NCBI RefSeq assembly: GCF_006345805.1
Contig: NC_043010.1
Location: 56,978,001 to 57,042,000 of the forward strand
Length of the DNA: 64,000 nucleotides
Direction: 5' to 3'
From: Octopus sinensis
Lineage: Eukaryota
Shown here: positions 39,690-56,760 of the stretch, piece by piece
Position numbering within the stretch: position 1 is the first letter of the stretch
Layout of the letters: each line of letters starts with the position of its first letter
Translations under genes and position numbers: made by a program
Notes under the pieces: model-generated
What the model saw: the letters and a program-made list of their open reading frames with translations, nothing else
What the model was told of the DNA's origin: nothing
Databases searched by the model: none

Positions 39690-40100
39690 ATTCAAAGAAA
39701 TTCTAACTCTGTTTTTTATGTTTTATTTATATTCTTTATAATATTAATGTAGAATATAGAATATATAGTATAAATAATATATATATAGTAAAAATGAAAT
39801 AAAGTATTGATTGTCTTATTGAATAGATGAAATATTGAATATCAAATATTAAGGGACTAGTATACTTTCTTGCATTAAAGCAGTCTTCAAGGTCCCAGGT
39901 TGTGACAGGAGTGTTTCAACTGTGTCACAGTCCCTTAATATTTGATATTCAATATTTCATCTATTCAATAAGACAATCAATACTTCATTTCATTTTACTA
40001 TATATATATTAGTTATACTATATATTCTGTATTCTACATTAATATCATAAAGAATATAAATAAAACCTAAAAATCAGACAGATTTGGAATTCCTTTGAAT
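39690..40100. repeat. AT-rich fold-back element (~170-bp inverted arms, 70-nt spacer)
   Basis: ...GATGAAATATTGAATATCAAATATTAAGGGACT is mirrored by AGTCCCTTAATATTTGATATTCAATATTTCATC... Confidence 0.88.
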
Positions 40101-40607
40101 TATATATATCCCTCTATACGCAATCATACAAACCCCTTTTTATTTATATATACACACACACACATATAAATATCCCCAAACATACAATATATACATTGAT
40201 ACAAAATGCACACACACCCCTTGACACTTATGCAAACCTTGTGCTCATATATAAAGTGGTTCATATATTCTCATAGGCACACGCGTATGCCTGTACACAT
40301 ATGTATTCTTAAACACATACACATATATACATACATGTGTGTGTGCTCACAGAAATTTATTCTATCAACTGTTTGCAATAACTGACTCTAGGGCTACACT
40401 AAGAGCAGGCTGCCAGCTTCTGATGCCAGAAACATTTCTCTCCACTTTGCCCAGGATATTCACCTCTCGATCAGATCATTCTTTCCACTCCATCACTCTG
40501 TATATTTTTAAAATATATTACATCACATTATATATATAATCATGTGTTTGTGCATGTGTGTATAAATGAAATATGCCTATGCATGTACATATATATGTGT
40601 GTGCATT

Positions 40608-40658
<51 letters not shown>

Positions 40659-41129
40659 ATAAATTCATGTTCATATATGCACATGTATACATCTATTTAT
40701 AATTATGTATACATATTTTTGTAGTCCTACGCAAACATTTATATACATATGCTTAGTTACACTATGACACTCTCACTAATTTACATACACGTGTGTGTAT
40801 AGATGCATGTATATCACTCATGCACGTGTGTGTATATGCATGCAAATATCCATTTATTTGTATGAGTGTACAATATGTTTGTGTTGGTGTGTGTATGTTC
40901 TTTTACTGATAGGTACTGTGTGATGAAGCACACAATACCTATTTCCGAGTTACTGACATGTTTCTGTTGAATGTTTTTTGTTAGAAGAAACTAAATCTTT
41001 CGTCGTCTGATGTGGTGAATGTTTTGCCATTCCTCAGTAGTTTGCATCAGGGTCCCTTGCCGTAGCCAGCCTCATTTTTGTTCACCAACTTAACACTTTG
41101 AAGCTTGATGCCAAAATGAATAACAGCTT

Positions 41130-42030
41130 TTCAGGTTATATATAAACTAGATATTCTAAAGACTAGATTCCTCACCTACGATACCCATGAAACAATGGTT
41201 TAGGAGCTTTACATCGTTGTGACGTTCCTACTGTAGATACATTAAGAAAAGCCTCATCATAGGTGTAGTGGAAAACACTACATAAGCGACATACTTGCTG
41301 CTTCTCTGGACTTTAGTTGAGGCACCTATGAGCCCTTCGTGAAACCGATGAGAAGCTTAGATATAGAAAGGAACTATCTTAAATCCCCACCTTAAAAAAT
41401 TATGATAGGCACCTTTACATTTTCTTGTAATGTGAACATTGATGTAGGAGAAATATTGCTGAGCCTGCTCGATAAGCATTTCCCGAAAGATCTCAGCTGT
41501 TAACAGCCTCTGAAATGGGCTACAGTTGTGGTGAACCACATGAACAGTCTAACATCAAGTAGATACACCAAACACTTTATTTTAGGATAGAATTTCAGAA
41601 ATCCAGGCCCCTGGTCACTAGTTTAGGCATATAATTACAGTTGTGGATGAAAGCAAAGTCTTCTCCACGAAACTAAACCAAGCAACAAGACAATGTCCAT
41701 TGGTAGGTGAAGAAGTGGTTTCAAAAAGACAAAAAAACATTTTATAACTACGAAGCATCTTGTAAGTTCAAGTAGGTACACTAGCGAAAGAAATAAAATG
41801 AAGTGAGCAACCCATCTTTGGAACTGAAAGGAGAACATCCCCTACTGTATTAAATGGGAAGTCTTAATGGGAGGAAAACCTTATGTGAATGAAACAAAGA
41901 AATGCTCCATTTGTGTTGATGAAAAAACACTGACATTCTACTAAAATTGATGAACAACACCTATTTAACTACTTAGATTCCCTAACAGAATTTTTTTACA
42001 AAATGTGTTCAATGTAAACAGTTTATGAAT
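41130..42030 (+). mobile_element. Highly degraded Penelope-like element relic
   Basis: FSCNVNIDVGEILLSLLDKHFPKD at ~41420-41490 resembles the PLE motif PPFSxNVxTNIGxxFLxLIDKHFP. Downstream HLWN/W/CxxC remnants resemble a GIY-YIG C-terminus. Many stops. Confidence 0.55.
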
Positions 42031-42167
42031 CTGGCTAATATCTCCTTCATACCTTGGATAGCTTTAAGAAATAATATTTTAGAACTTCTTGAAACCATTT
42101 GACAACATCACCTAACCACTACAATTAGACACTGACTATACCCTAAGTCACTCGAAAGTTTTATCAG

Positions 42168-42217
<50 letters not shown>

Positions 42218-45200
42218 GTGCTTTCTTTTGAAAACATTCAGCTGACAATCAAAGGAAAGCAAATCACGTTATACAATAGGCTGAATTACTGCCCTTCATA
42301 AGTGAACTGGACAACCTTTTTTATTATGATGCTCCAACATTGAGGGTGTTGAGTTTGTGAACAAAAGTGAGGTGGGCTGAGACAATTGCTTGTGACTGGA
42401 ATTAGCTGTCAATAGGAGAACCTTGACCTCATGGCACGAGACTTTTAGTTTTTTGTTACAACATAATTGTATATTTATGTTTATGTATATATAAAATGTA
42501 TAATACACGTGTATGTATATGTACATTGTGTGTAACTATCCATACATATGTTTGTGTATATTGAAAGAAACCAGGAGCAGAGGAGCTGTTGATGTTTTTT
42601 TTAAATTGTATTTTCTTTTTTTTTTTCTCATCCTTTCTGGCCAAAGTGAAATATTTTGTTGCAGCATTTCAACGACAGTTTTAACATTAGAAAACAGTTT
42701 TTAGGGAGGTTAACCATCACCATTACCACCACCACCACCATCACAACAACTCCATGGAGAATAATTTTCACAATAGTAACTTGATTTAATCCACTGGCAT
42801 TAAATATTTCAAGTTGATTAACACTGATAGAATTAATCTGTTAGAATTTGGTAATTTTGTTTTGTTAGTAACTGAATAGGTTCATTGTTGTGTACTGCTA
42901 ACTCCTAATAACTAATAGCTTGACTCAATTAATATTGATACACATTTCATTTAGCTTGTTAATAATACTAGTAGAAAATTGTTCAGTAATCTTTTAAGTT
43001 AATCTCTTAATAGCCATGAGAGTTGTGGCTTTAAAAAAGTTAAGAAATGTAGTTGATTGTAAAACTGGGGGGACGGTAATGGTGGGTTGACCCTGAAGAA
43101 GAATTTGATCAAGAAATGTCACTTTATTGAGGGACTTTTCTTTTTTGCTGAACAAATAGTAAAATCCCACAACCCAACAGTTTCACACAGGAATATAACA
43201 GCACTCTCCATGTTCCATTGTTTCTCTCTTATTTGTATTCATTGCTCATCCCCATGGTTACCAATATGTCACACGAATGTGTGTGTATGTTTGTGTGTGT
43301 AAATGTCTATCAAATTCTGTATGGTGCTCTTAACTACCCAACATGTATGGAGGAGCAGGAGAAAGACTTCTCCCCCTCAACATACTTGTGCAGCTCTCAT
43401 TAGACTGAACTCACAATATCGGTCTATATTAACACTACTACTACAGCCTGCTGAAAAACCAACAACATCCATGGTCTGTTCACGGTCTCAGCAAACTGTG
43501 ACAAATAGTGAGAAAAACAAAATATGTCTCTGATCTCTCAACACTGAATGACTAAACAACACAGAAGATCAGATTTATTCAAACAGTTACAGAATCATTT
43601 TTTTAAAAAATACAAATCTAGAAAACTAAAGGTTTCTTTTTCTCTAACAAAACAGGCAGTGTGTGTGTGTGTGTATACATATATATACACACACACACAC
43701 ACACAGATATATATATACATACACACACATATATATATACTGGTATGTGTGTGTTTATATATATACACATGCACACATACATACATTTTATTGAACATTT
43801 CCTATTTATTTTTCATTTATTGTTTAGCCTGTTTTCTTGTTTTATTTATTACTTCCCCCCCTCCCTGATGATATATTTCTCTCATTTCAAATGCCACCAA
43901 TCTGCTCATCTTCTCTCTATACCATTTCCTTGATTCTCTCAATTTTAATTTCTTTTTTTTTTTCCTGTTCTTTTCGACCACTTTTGCTGTAAGCATTGGA
44001 AAAAGATATTTTCATTAAAGTCCTTTTGTGATAATCTCTCTCTCAACTATTTGCTACATTTCAAACATTGAAACTTTTCACTTATATATATTTTTTTTTT
44101 TGTTAATGGGAGGAAAGCTTTACTTGAAATTTATGTCTTCACCTGTTACTAATATGACTAGAAGGAGATTTAGATTCAAGTGTAGACTTTAAGGAGAAAA
44201 TAGTGACCAAGCACACAACATTATGGCTTTGGTTCACTTGATTATTGGAGGAAACTACTGGTCTCTATAAATAGCTGTATACAAAATTCACAACCATAAC
44301 TGTTTCACCAAGTTTTATGAACTTTTTCAAGGCCTTATTTAAGTTGAAAAGCTTATCTATAAACAAAACACAAACACACCACTGTCTGGGTGTGTGCACT
44401 CACTTGCAAATTACTTGAATCATTTTGATGCCAACCTGCCTGAGACTGATCCTGTTGGACCCAAATTAAAAGCATCTTCCCTCAAAATTTCATATTAATT
44501 TATGTTTCAAACATTGACTTAATAATTACTATTGAAACAAAAGCTATTTCCAGAGAACTACAGTAAGCAAAGGATTAACGAACCCTCAAGAGGCAGAACT
44601 TTGACGTCTTCACACTGATCCCCATATTTGTCTTACAACATAAACCCCTTCTCTTTGTTTACATAACTATCTTTATACTTGAATTAATGATTTTGTAAAC
44701 TGCTTTGCATTCCTCAGTTGTAGAGGAGTTGTGCTATTCAGTGTCCAAACCTTCATGTTCCAATAGACAAGTCGACAAAGTGTCGCCATTCAGCTAAGTA
44801 TGGTCAGTCCACTTCCACTGGTCACTCAGTCTACTGGAGAGTCTGCAGAGCAATTGGTTCTCTTGTTCTAAGTATAGTTTTAGTTCTTAGCTTGTCTCTC
44901 CATACACATGTAGCCACCAGATTTTGAAACGGACTTTAGCTCATCCAGAGAGCCACTGAGTTGCCATGTGGTTATTGGAGTGAACATGAAAGACCAGGGG
45001 CAACAGTTGACCAACAGACAGAGTGACCAGTCAAGTGCACTCCTACACCCTCCGTAACTCGTTTCCTCCTATTTCTTGTCTGTGTCTCTTCATTCTACAT
45101 CAGTCACTGACTTTGTGCTCCAGATGCTGGCAGATGTTCCTTTTGTTTGCAACAACAGTGAAAAATGAGCGTTGGATTATGGTCATTTCGCTTGCTCCAG

Positions 45201-45329
45201 CCAACAACCTGTTGTCAAGGGTCTCGCAGGGTCCTCAAGACAGTGATCTGGTAGGATTCTTAGCTTATCAAACAAAATGTTTAACTCTGAGCCACATTTC
45301 TTCTGAGTCTTTATGTTCTGAGATCAAAT

Positions 45330-45720
45330 CCCACTGAGTCTTTATGTCAAACTTTGCTTTTCATCCTTTTGGGGTCAATAAGATAAAGGACCACTGAAGT
45401 ATCCGGCTCAATGCAACTGACTTGCTCCCTTCCTTTAAAATTGTTGGCTTTGTCCCAAAATTTGAAACCATCATTGTTATTGTAATTATTATTAATTAAG
45501 GTGGTGAGAATCTAGCAGAATCGTTAGCTTGATGAACAAAATGCTGCTTAGAAGTTTTCTATATTTATGTTCTGAGTTCAAATTCTGAAAGGGTCAATTT
45601 TGCCTTTCTTTTAGGGTTGATTAAATGAGTACCAGTCATGTACTGGGGTCAATGTAGCTGACTTTCTCCCATCCCTGAAATTGCTGGCCTTGTGTCTAAA
45701 TTTGAAACCATTATTATCAT
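45330..45720 (+). mobile_element. SINE copies with a GCCTTTCATCCTTT..GGGGTCGATAA..AGTACCAG-type central domain
   Basis: Head GGTGGTGAG..AGCAGAATCGTTAG and TGAGTTCAAATTC (B-box-like). The central motif resembles the Deu/Nin-type SINE domain (recalled from memory, not aligned). Confidence 0.6.
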
Positions 45721-47129
45721 ACTGTGATTAGTACAAGTGCAATGGTGTGGGTTTGAAATACATTACATATTGGTGTAACCCAAAATGGCACTTTTAACGA
45801 CTAGAATAATAATAAAACAACAACAATGAAATATAAATATATTCATTTATTTATTTAGAGTAATAGAGGAGGAGGAGTAGGTGCCTAACGGTAAAAGAAT
45901 TTTCAATAACTGAAGTGGAAATAAGGTGAATTGCCCCTGCAGCAAGGTTGGCCATACACAACTATATTCAATCCTTGTGTCGTCTCTTCAATGAATCTGT
46001 CTCCTTCTCACACTTTGTTAAAGGTGGGTTGCTACATCTGTTAATTGCTGTGGTAAATAGTGAAATATATCAAGTTGGCTTGGAAACATTTAAATGGTGG
46101 TGGTGTGATTACAGTTGATTACTTAGGAAAGAGAATGTTTCTGACGTTGGTGTGTAGGAAGGTACATTGGTGGTCATTTGATTCCAGTGTCTTCTTCTCT
46201 CCAACACTTGATGCCTGACATTTCATTGATTTCGTTCCAGCTACCCTCACACTCACCCGTATTCACACATATTGTCTATGCAGTAGTTCCATTATTTTAA
46301 GTTCATGTAAAAGTAAAGAAATAATAAAATTCAAGAAGTTCTCTCCATAGTTTCACTACGGCTGTAAGTATATGCTTTCAACAGGAAAAAAATAGTCGAT
46401 ATTTCGGGAGTTGAATTCTGTTTCTATTCAACTTTGACCTCTAAATTCAGTAAAATTTGCCAAATTTTATCTTCTCCCACTGCTTACAGCTTTTCCACAA
46501 CTCCAGCTGGCCACCTTGTCATCTTTGTAAAACATCATCTAAACACTCTCTTTCTCCCCCCTGCCTCCGCACACACTTTACCAAAATCATCTTCATTCAT
46601 TCAACAACAAAAACAACAAATTTCTGGCTCATTCATTTTTTACAATTTTTTTTTTTTTTACAATTTGTTTTTTTTTCTTGTGCTTCTACCATTCCTTAAT
46701 CATCCTGACTTTCTCTACCCATCACCATCACACACTCATATTGCAGTTTTTCTTCTTTCTGCCAAATCATTTTTATGACATATCGCCATTGTTTTAATTA
46801 ACATCGTTAAGATCTTTTATAAGGCATTTGTTTTGATTCTGCTTTTTAAAATTTTTATTTAAATTTTGTTTCTTTTCAACTGGCCCCACCCCCCCATTTG
46901 TTATTTAACTGCTGCCTCAGTGTCAGACATGAATGTACCAAAGTTAAGCGAGGTGGCAGAACAGTTTCTGCTTCTCAAAGACTGTCTTCATAGAGTCCAT
47001 GTCTTCATGGTTTCTACAAACCCATCAATTCTCTTCTCTTCGCCTCATTTCATCTTCACTCATTGCGTTTCTATTCCAATATCACCAGTTTTTTTTTTTG
47101 TTCTTTTTGTTTAAAAAACTTCATGTTTT

Positions 47130-47746
47130 AAGCAGTGTGTGTGTATGTATGTATATATATATATATATACACACACATATATATCACATATATATGCACA
47201 TATATATATATACACACACATATATATATACATATATATGCACATATATATACAGATATTTATATATATATATACACATATATATACATATATTTATATA
47301 TATATATACACATATATATACATATATTTATATATATATATACACATATATATACATATATTTATATATATATATACACATATATATACATATATTTATA
47401 TATATATATACACCATATATATACATATATTTATATATATATATACACATATATATACATATATTTATATATATATATACACATATAATACATATATTTA
47501 TATAAATATACACATATATATACATATATTTATATATATATATAACACATATATATACATATATTATATATATATATATATACACATATATATACATATA
47601 TTTATATATATATATATATTATATATATATATATACACATATATATACATATATTTATATATATATATATACACATATATATACATATATTTATATATAT
47701 ATATATAATATATATATATACATATATTTATATATATATATATATC

Positions 47747-47778
<32 letters not shown>

Positions 47779-47779
47779 T

Positions 47780-47827
<48 letters not shown>

Positions 47828-48401
47828 TATATAATATATATATATATAATATATATATAGCACATATATATATATACATATATACATATATATGCACATA
47901 TATATATGCACATATAATATACACACTTATATATGCACATATATACACACATATATATATGCACATATATATATACACACATATATATATGCACATATAT
48001 ATATGCACACCTATGTATATGCACACATATATATATGCACATATATGTATATACACATATATATATACACATATATATACACATATATATACACATATAT
48101 ATACACATATATATATATGCACATATATATACACATATATATACATATATATGCACATATATATACATATATATGCACATATAAATATGCATATACATTA
48201 TATGCATATACAATATATGCATATACATATATATATACATATACATTATCTATACATATACATATATATACATATACATAATATATATATAATTATAATA
48301 TATACATATATATATATATGCATATACATATTATATATACATATATATATATATATACATATATATATACATATATATATATACATCTATATTATATAAC
48401 A

Positions 48402-48435
<34 letters not shown>

Positions 48436-49417
48436 GCACATATATATACATACATATATATATACATACATATATATATATACATACATAATATATATAT
48501 ACATACATATATATATACAGCAATATATAATATATATGCATATACATATATATATATGAACATATATATACATACATATATATATATACATACATATATA
48601 TAAATACATATATATATATACATACATATATATAAATACATATATATATATATACATACATGTATATATATGCACATATATATATATATATGCACATATA
48701 TTATATATATATATATGCACATATATATATACATATATATATACATATATATATGCACATACATATATATATGCACATATATATTATACATATACACATA
48801 TACATATATACACACATATATATACACATATACATATATACACACATATATATACATATATATATATATATATACATATATACATACACATACATACATA
48901 CATACACACATATATACACACACATATATACATACACATATATATATACATACACATATATATATACATACACATATATATACATACACATATATATACA
49001 TACACATATATATACATACACATATATATACATACACATATATATATATATACACATATATATACATACACATATATATATACACATATATATACACATA
49101 TATATACATACACATATATACATATATATATATACATACATACACATATACATATATATACACATATACATATATATACACATATACATATATATACACA
49201 TATACATATATATACACATATACATATATATACACATATACATATATATATACATATACAATATATATACACATATACATACATATACATATATATACAC
49301 ATACATATATATACACATACATATATATACACATATACATATACACATATACATATACACATATACATATATATATACATATACATATATATATACATAC
49401 ATACATACATACATACA

Positions 49418-49453
<36 letters not shown>

Positions 49454-50312
49454 CACATATATACACATATATACATATATATACATATATATACACATAT
49501 ACATATATATACACATATACATATATATACACATATATATACACATATATATATACATATATATATACATATACATATATATATACTTATACATATATAT
49601 ATACTTATACATATATATATACATATACATATACATATATATATATACATATATATATACATATACATATATATATATACATATATATATATACATATAC
49701 ATATATATATACATATACATATATATATATACATATACATATATATATATACATATATATATATATACATACATACATATATACATATATACATATATAC
49801 ATATATATATACACATATAAATATATATATACATATATATATACATACACATATATATATACATACACATATATATATATACATAAATATATATATATAC
49901 ATACATATATATTATATATTATTACATACATATATATATATATACATACATATATATTATATATTATTACATACATATATATATATATATACATACATAT
50001 ATATATATACATACATATATATATATACATACATATATATTATACATATATATACATATATACATATACATTATACATATATACATATACATTATACATA
50101 TACACATATACATTATACATATACATTATACACATAATACATATACATATATACACATATATACATATATACACATATATACATATATACACATATACAC
50201 ATATATACACATATATACATATATATACATATATACATATATATACATATATACACATATATACATATATACACATATATACATATATACACAATAATAT
50301 ACATATATATAC

Positions 50313-50343
<31 letters not shown>

Positions 50344-50394
50344 CATATATATAATATATACATAATATATATTATATACATATAATATATATAC

Positions 50395-50425
<31 letters not shown>

Positions 50426-50968
50426 CATATATATATATATTATATATATATTATATATACATAGATTATATCATATATATATATATATACATATATATAA
50501 TATACATATATATATATACATATAATTACATATACATATATATACATATATATATATATACATATATATACATATACATTAATACATATACATATAGATA
50601 CATATACATATAGATATAGATACATATTACATATAGATACATATACATACATATACATATAGATACATATACATACATATACATATAGATACATATACAT
50701 ATATATACATATACATATATATACATATATATATATACATATATATACATATACATATAGATACATATACATATAGATACATATACATACATATACATAT
50801 AGATACATATACATATAGATACATATACATATATATACATTACATACATATAATACATATACATATATATACATATACATATATATACATATACATATAT
50901 ATACATATATATATATATATACATTATTATACACATATAATATATATACACAATATATATATACACAC

Positions 50969-50999
<31 letters not shown>

Positions 51000-51001
51000 C
51001 A

Positions 51002-51048
<47 letters not shown>

Positions 51049-51997
51049 CATATATATACATATATATACATTTTATATATATATACATATAATATACATA
51101 TATATATATAGACATATATACATAATATATATATACATATATATATATACATATATATATATGTACATATAATATAACATATACCTATATATATACATAT
51201 ACCTATATATACATATACCTATATATATACATATACCTATATATATACATATACCTATATATATATACATATACCTATTATATATACATATATATATATA
51301 CATATATATATATACATATATATATATGTACATATATATATACACATATACCTATATATATACATAACCTATATATATACATATACCTATATATAGACAT
51401 ATACCTATATATATACATATACCTATATATATATACATATACTTATTATATATACACATAGATATATATATATATATATATAACCTATATATATATACAT
51501 ATATATATACATTATATATACCTATATATATACATATATATACCTATATTAATACCTATATATTACATAATATATATAACTATATATATATACATATATA
51601 TATAACATATATATATACATATATATATACATAATATATAACATATATATATACACATATATATATACACATATATATATAACATATATATATATACACA
51701 TATATATATATACACATATATATATATACAATATATATATACACATATATATATATACACATATATATATATACACATATATATATATACACATATATAT
51801 TACACATATATACACATATATTATATACACTATATATATATAATATATATAACACACATATATTTATATATATACAATATATATATACACAATATATATA
51901 TACACATTTAATATAACATATATATATATACACATATATATATATACACATATATATATATACACATATATATATATACATATATATATAACATATA

Positions 51998-52031
<34 letters not shown>

Positions 52032-52446
52032 ATACATATATGTATAACACATATAGTATATACACATATATGTATATACACATATATGTATATACACATA
52101 TATGTATATACATATATACAATATACATATATGTATATACACATATATGTATATACATATATACATATATATACATATATACATATATATACATATATAC
52201 ATATATATACATATATACATATATATACATACATATACATATATACATATATATACATATATATACACATATATACATATATATACACATATATACACAT
52301 ATATACATATATATACACATATATACATATATATACACATATATATATATACATACATACATATATATACACATATATATATATACATACATACATATAT
52401 ATACACATATATATATATACATACATATATATACACATATATATAT

Positions 52447-52477
<31 letters not shown>

Positions 52478-52504
52478 CATACATATATATACACATATAT
52501 ATAT

Positions 52505-52537
<33 letters not shown>

Positions 52538-52659
52538 CATATATACATACATATATATATATACATATATACATACATATATATATATACATATATACAT
52601 ACATATATATATATACATACATATATATATATACATACATACATATATATATACATACA

Positions 52660-52709
<50 letters not shown>

Positions 52710-52792
52710 CATACATATATATATATACATATATACATACATATATATATATACATATATACATACATATATATATATACATATATACATAC

Positions 52793-52823
<31 letters not shown>

Positions 52824-54571
52824 CATATATACATACATATATATATATATATATACATATATACATACATATATATATATATACATATATACATACATAT
52901 ATATATATACATATATACATACATATATATATATACATATATACATACATATATATATATACATATATACATACATATATATATATACATACATATATAT
53001 ATATACATACATATATATATATACATATATACATACATATATATATATACATACATATATATATATACATACATATATATATATACATATATACATACAT
53101 ATATATATATACATACATATATATATATACATATATACATCATATATATATACACATACATATATATATACATACATATATAATCTACATATATACATCA
53201 TATATATATATACATACATATATATATATACATATATACATACATATATATATATACATACATATATATATACATATATACATACATATATATATATACA
53301 TACATATATATATATACATATATACATACATATATATATATACATATATACATACATATATATATACATATATACATACATATATATATATACATATATA
53401 CATACATATATATACATATATACATACATATATATATATACATATATACATACATATATATATACATATATACATACATATATACATACATACATATACA
53501 TATACATACATATATATATACATATATATACACATATATATATATATACATATATATACACATATATATATACATATATATACACATATATATATACATA
53601 TATATACACATATATATATATACATATATATACACATATATATATATATACATATATATACACATATATATATATATACATATATATACACATATATATA
53701 TACATATATATACACATATATTATATAATATAATACAATTATATATATATTACATATATATACACATATATATATATATACATATATATACACATATATA
53801 TATATATACATATATATACACATATATATATATACATATATATACACATATATATATATATACATATATATACACATATATATATATACATATATATACA
53901 CATATATATACACATATATATATATATACATATATATACACATATATATATATATATACACATATATATACACATATATATACACATATATATACACATA
54001 TATATACACATATATATACACATATATATACACATATATATACACATATATATACACATATATATACACATATATATACACATATATATACATATATATA
54101 CACATATATATACACATATATATACATATATACACATATATATACATATATATACACATATATATACATATACACATATATATACACATATATATACATA
54201 TATATACACATATATATATATACATACACATATATATATACATATACACATATATATATATACATAAATATACACATATATATATATATATATAAACATA
54301 TATATATATATATATACACATATATATATATAACACAATATATAGATATATATAACACATATATATATATATACACATATATAATATATATATATATATA
54401 CAACATATATATATATATATATACATATATATACACATATAATACATACACATAATATACATACACATATAACACATATATATATACACATATATATATA
54501 TACACACATATATATATATACACATATATACACATATATATATGTGCATGTGCATACACACAACACACATA

Positions 54572-54602
<31 letters not shown>

Positions 54603-54620
54603 CATATACATATATATATT
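47130..54620. repeat. ~7.5-kb (TA)n/(TACA)n/(TACACA)n compound microsatellite with higher-order sub-arrays
   Basis: Directly visible; the + strand contains C but almost no G. Confidence 0.97.
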
Positions 54621-54849
54621 CAAATACACTGCTTATATACACACACTTTGATTCACTCTCTGCAAAAGCAGATTACTTACATCGACTCTTCATCCACTGC
54701 CCCCCCTCCCTTATAATCCGAAAACAAAGTACATCCTCTTGTGATGATGCTCCAAGAACTTACTGTGAAAATGCTGAAAAAATAAACTGTTGCAAATTTT
54801 TTAATTGAATTTTCGTTGATTTCTTAAATATTGTCATTGTTTATTGCCA

Positions 54850-56760
54850 AGTGATCTGTTTGAACTGATTGGGATTTGAGGGAGGAGATTTGCCTATTAT
54901 TTCTAGCAGGTCGAGAAATAAGTACCAGTTGAGCACTAGGGTGGATGTAATTAAATTGCTGGCCTTGTGCCAAAATTTGAAACCTTAATTCTGTTTCTAT
55001 CATTGACCAGTGACACGTTCATTTTCCTCTGAAATACCTGGCCCCTCCCCTCAAATTTCTGATCTTGCCTCTTCAGAACTGTTGTTGTTGTTAGCAGCGT
55101 TTCATCTGTCAATACAAGCTCTGCTGAAGACTGTGCCTTTTGTCCTTTCAGCTGTTCACTCTGTTGAGGATGAATGAGGTGTGTGATTGTATGTTCCACT
55201 AAATACCATCAAGTTGTTGGTTCAAATACTGGTGAAGTAAACACAGCCCCTCCCCAGGGCCATCTCCCACACTGACATCAGACTCTGACAACATATGAAA
55301 ATAATAAGAATGGTTTCAAATTTGGCCACAAGGGCAGCAATTTTAGGTGAAGAGATGAGTTGATTACATCGACCCCAGTGTGTAACTGGTATTTATTTCA
55401 TCGACCCCGAATGGATGAAAGACAAAGTCGACCATGGCAGAATTTGAACTCAGAACATAGCAACGGGTGTAATACCGCTAGGCATTTCATCCAGCATACT
55501 AATGAGGCTGCCAGTTTGCTGCCTTGATGATGATGATGATGATGATAACGAAGCCGTTTCATTGTTGAGATGGTGTAAAAGTCTGCAGTTGATCCCTGTC
55601 AACAGATCAGATCTACTTTCCTTTCTGTCAATGGATGAATCTGTCTCTGGTGACAGTACAACAGAAGCATTTAAACAACTTAATAACAGTGAAATACTGG
55701 AGATGATAATCTCCCTCAAGCCCATCTCTTCAAAATTGTGTCCTGATAAATTAGAAACCATTGCTGTGTTGTAGCAGAATTGTAGATTTTGGACTTTGAG
55801 GAGGAAGAGGAAATCTATCTGTTGACCAACTTTGGAGGCAAAGAAAATCCCCCCCCCCTTTCTCAAAGCTCATCTCCCACTTCTCCCTCCACCTCACTGC
55901 CATTTATAAATTTGTTTGTTTTTAAATTCAGAATTTTGTTCAAAGTTTTGCCTTAAAAGGACAAGGAAAAAGGGGTTGACCGGCTTTCTGGGGTTTTGGC
56001 TAGTTTAACAAAAAGTAGGAAATATTAACAATGAAAATGTATGCAGAATATCTGAATAAAACTCAGAGCAAGTACAACAAACCACAACAATAATCATCAG
56101 GATTTCTTTTATTTGCCACAAGGCCAGCAATGTTGAGGGCAGTGGCAGATCGATCCCTTCACCCTCACTGGTCCTTTATTTTACTGACTCCAAAAACATG
56201 AAAGGCAAAGTTGATCTTGGCTGGATTTGAGCTCAGAACATAACGAGTCAGAAGATAATCCTTTTTAATATAAGAAGAAGGCCTGAAATTTCTGGGGAAT
56301 GGGGAGTAGTTGATTACATAGACCTCAGCACATGACTGGTATTTATTTTATCAACAGCTCAAAGGACAAAAGGCACAGTCTTCAGCAGAGCTTGTATTGA
56401 GAGTGTAAAGACAGATGAAACGCTGCTAAGCACTCTATGCTAACAACAACAGTTCTGAAGTGGCAAGATCAGAAATTTGAGGGGAGGGGCCAGGTATTTC
56501 AGAGGAAAATGAATGTGTCACTGGTCAATGATGGAAACAGATTTAAGGATTTCAAAATTTGACACAAGGCCAGCAATTTCAGAGGAGGAGGAAGTTAATT
56601 ACATCCAGCCGAGTGCTCAACTGGTCCTTATTTTAATGAGCCAGAAAGGATGCAAGGTAAAGTCAGCCTCAGCAGAATTTGAACTCAGAACATAATGACA
56701 AACAAAACACTGCTTAGCATTTTGCCTGAAGTGCAAACAATTCTGCCAGCTCACTGATTG
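54850..56760. mobile_element. Cluster of SINE copies (same family as 45330-45720) in both orientations
   Basis: GAATTTGAACTCAGAACATA, CGACCCCAGTG and AAGGCCAGCAATTT motifs are repeated at 54900-55530, 56100-56250 and 56270-56720. Confidence 0.65.

Noticed and set aside
43000-46900. Unique-looking sequence with short ORFs (43303, 45023, 46434)
   Set aside because: No recognisable domains or consistent exon chain.
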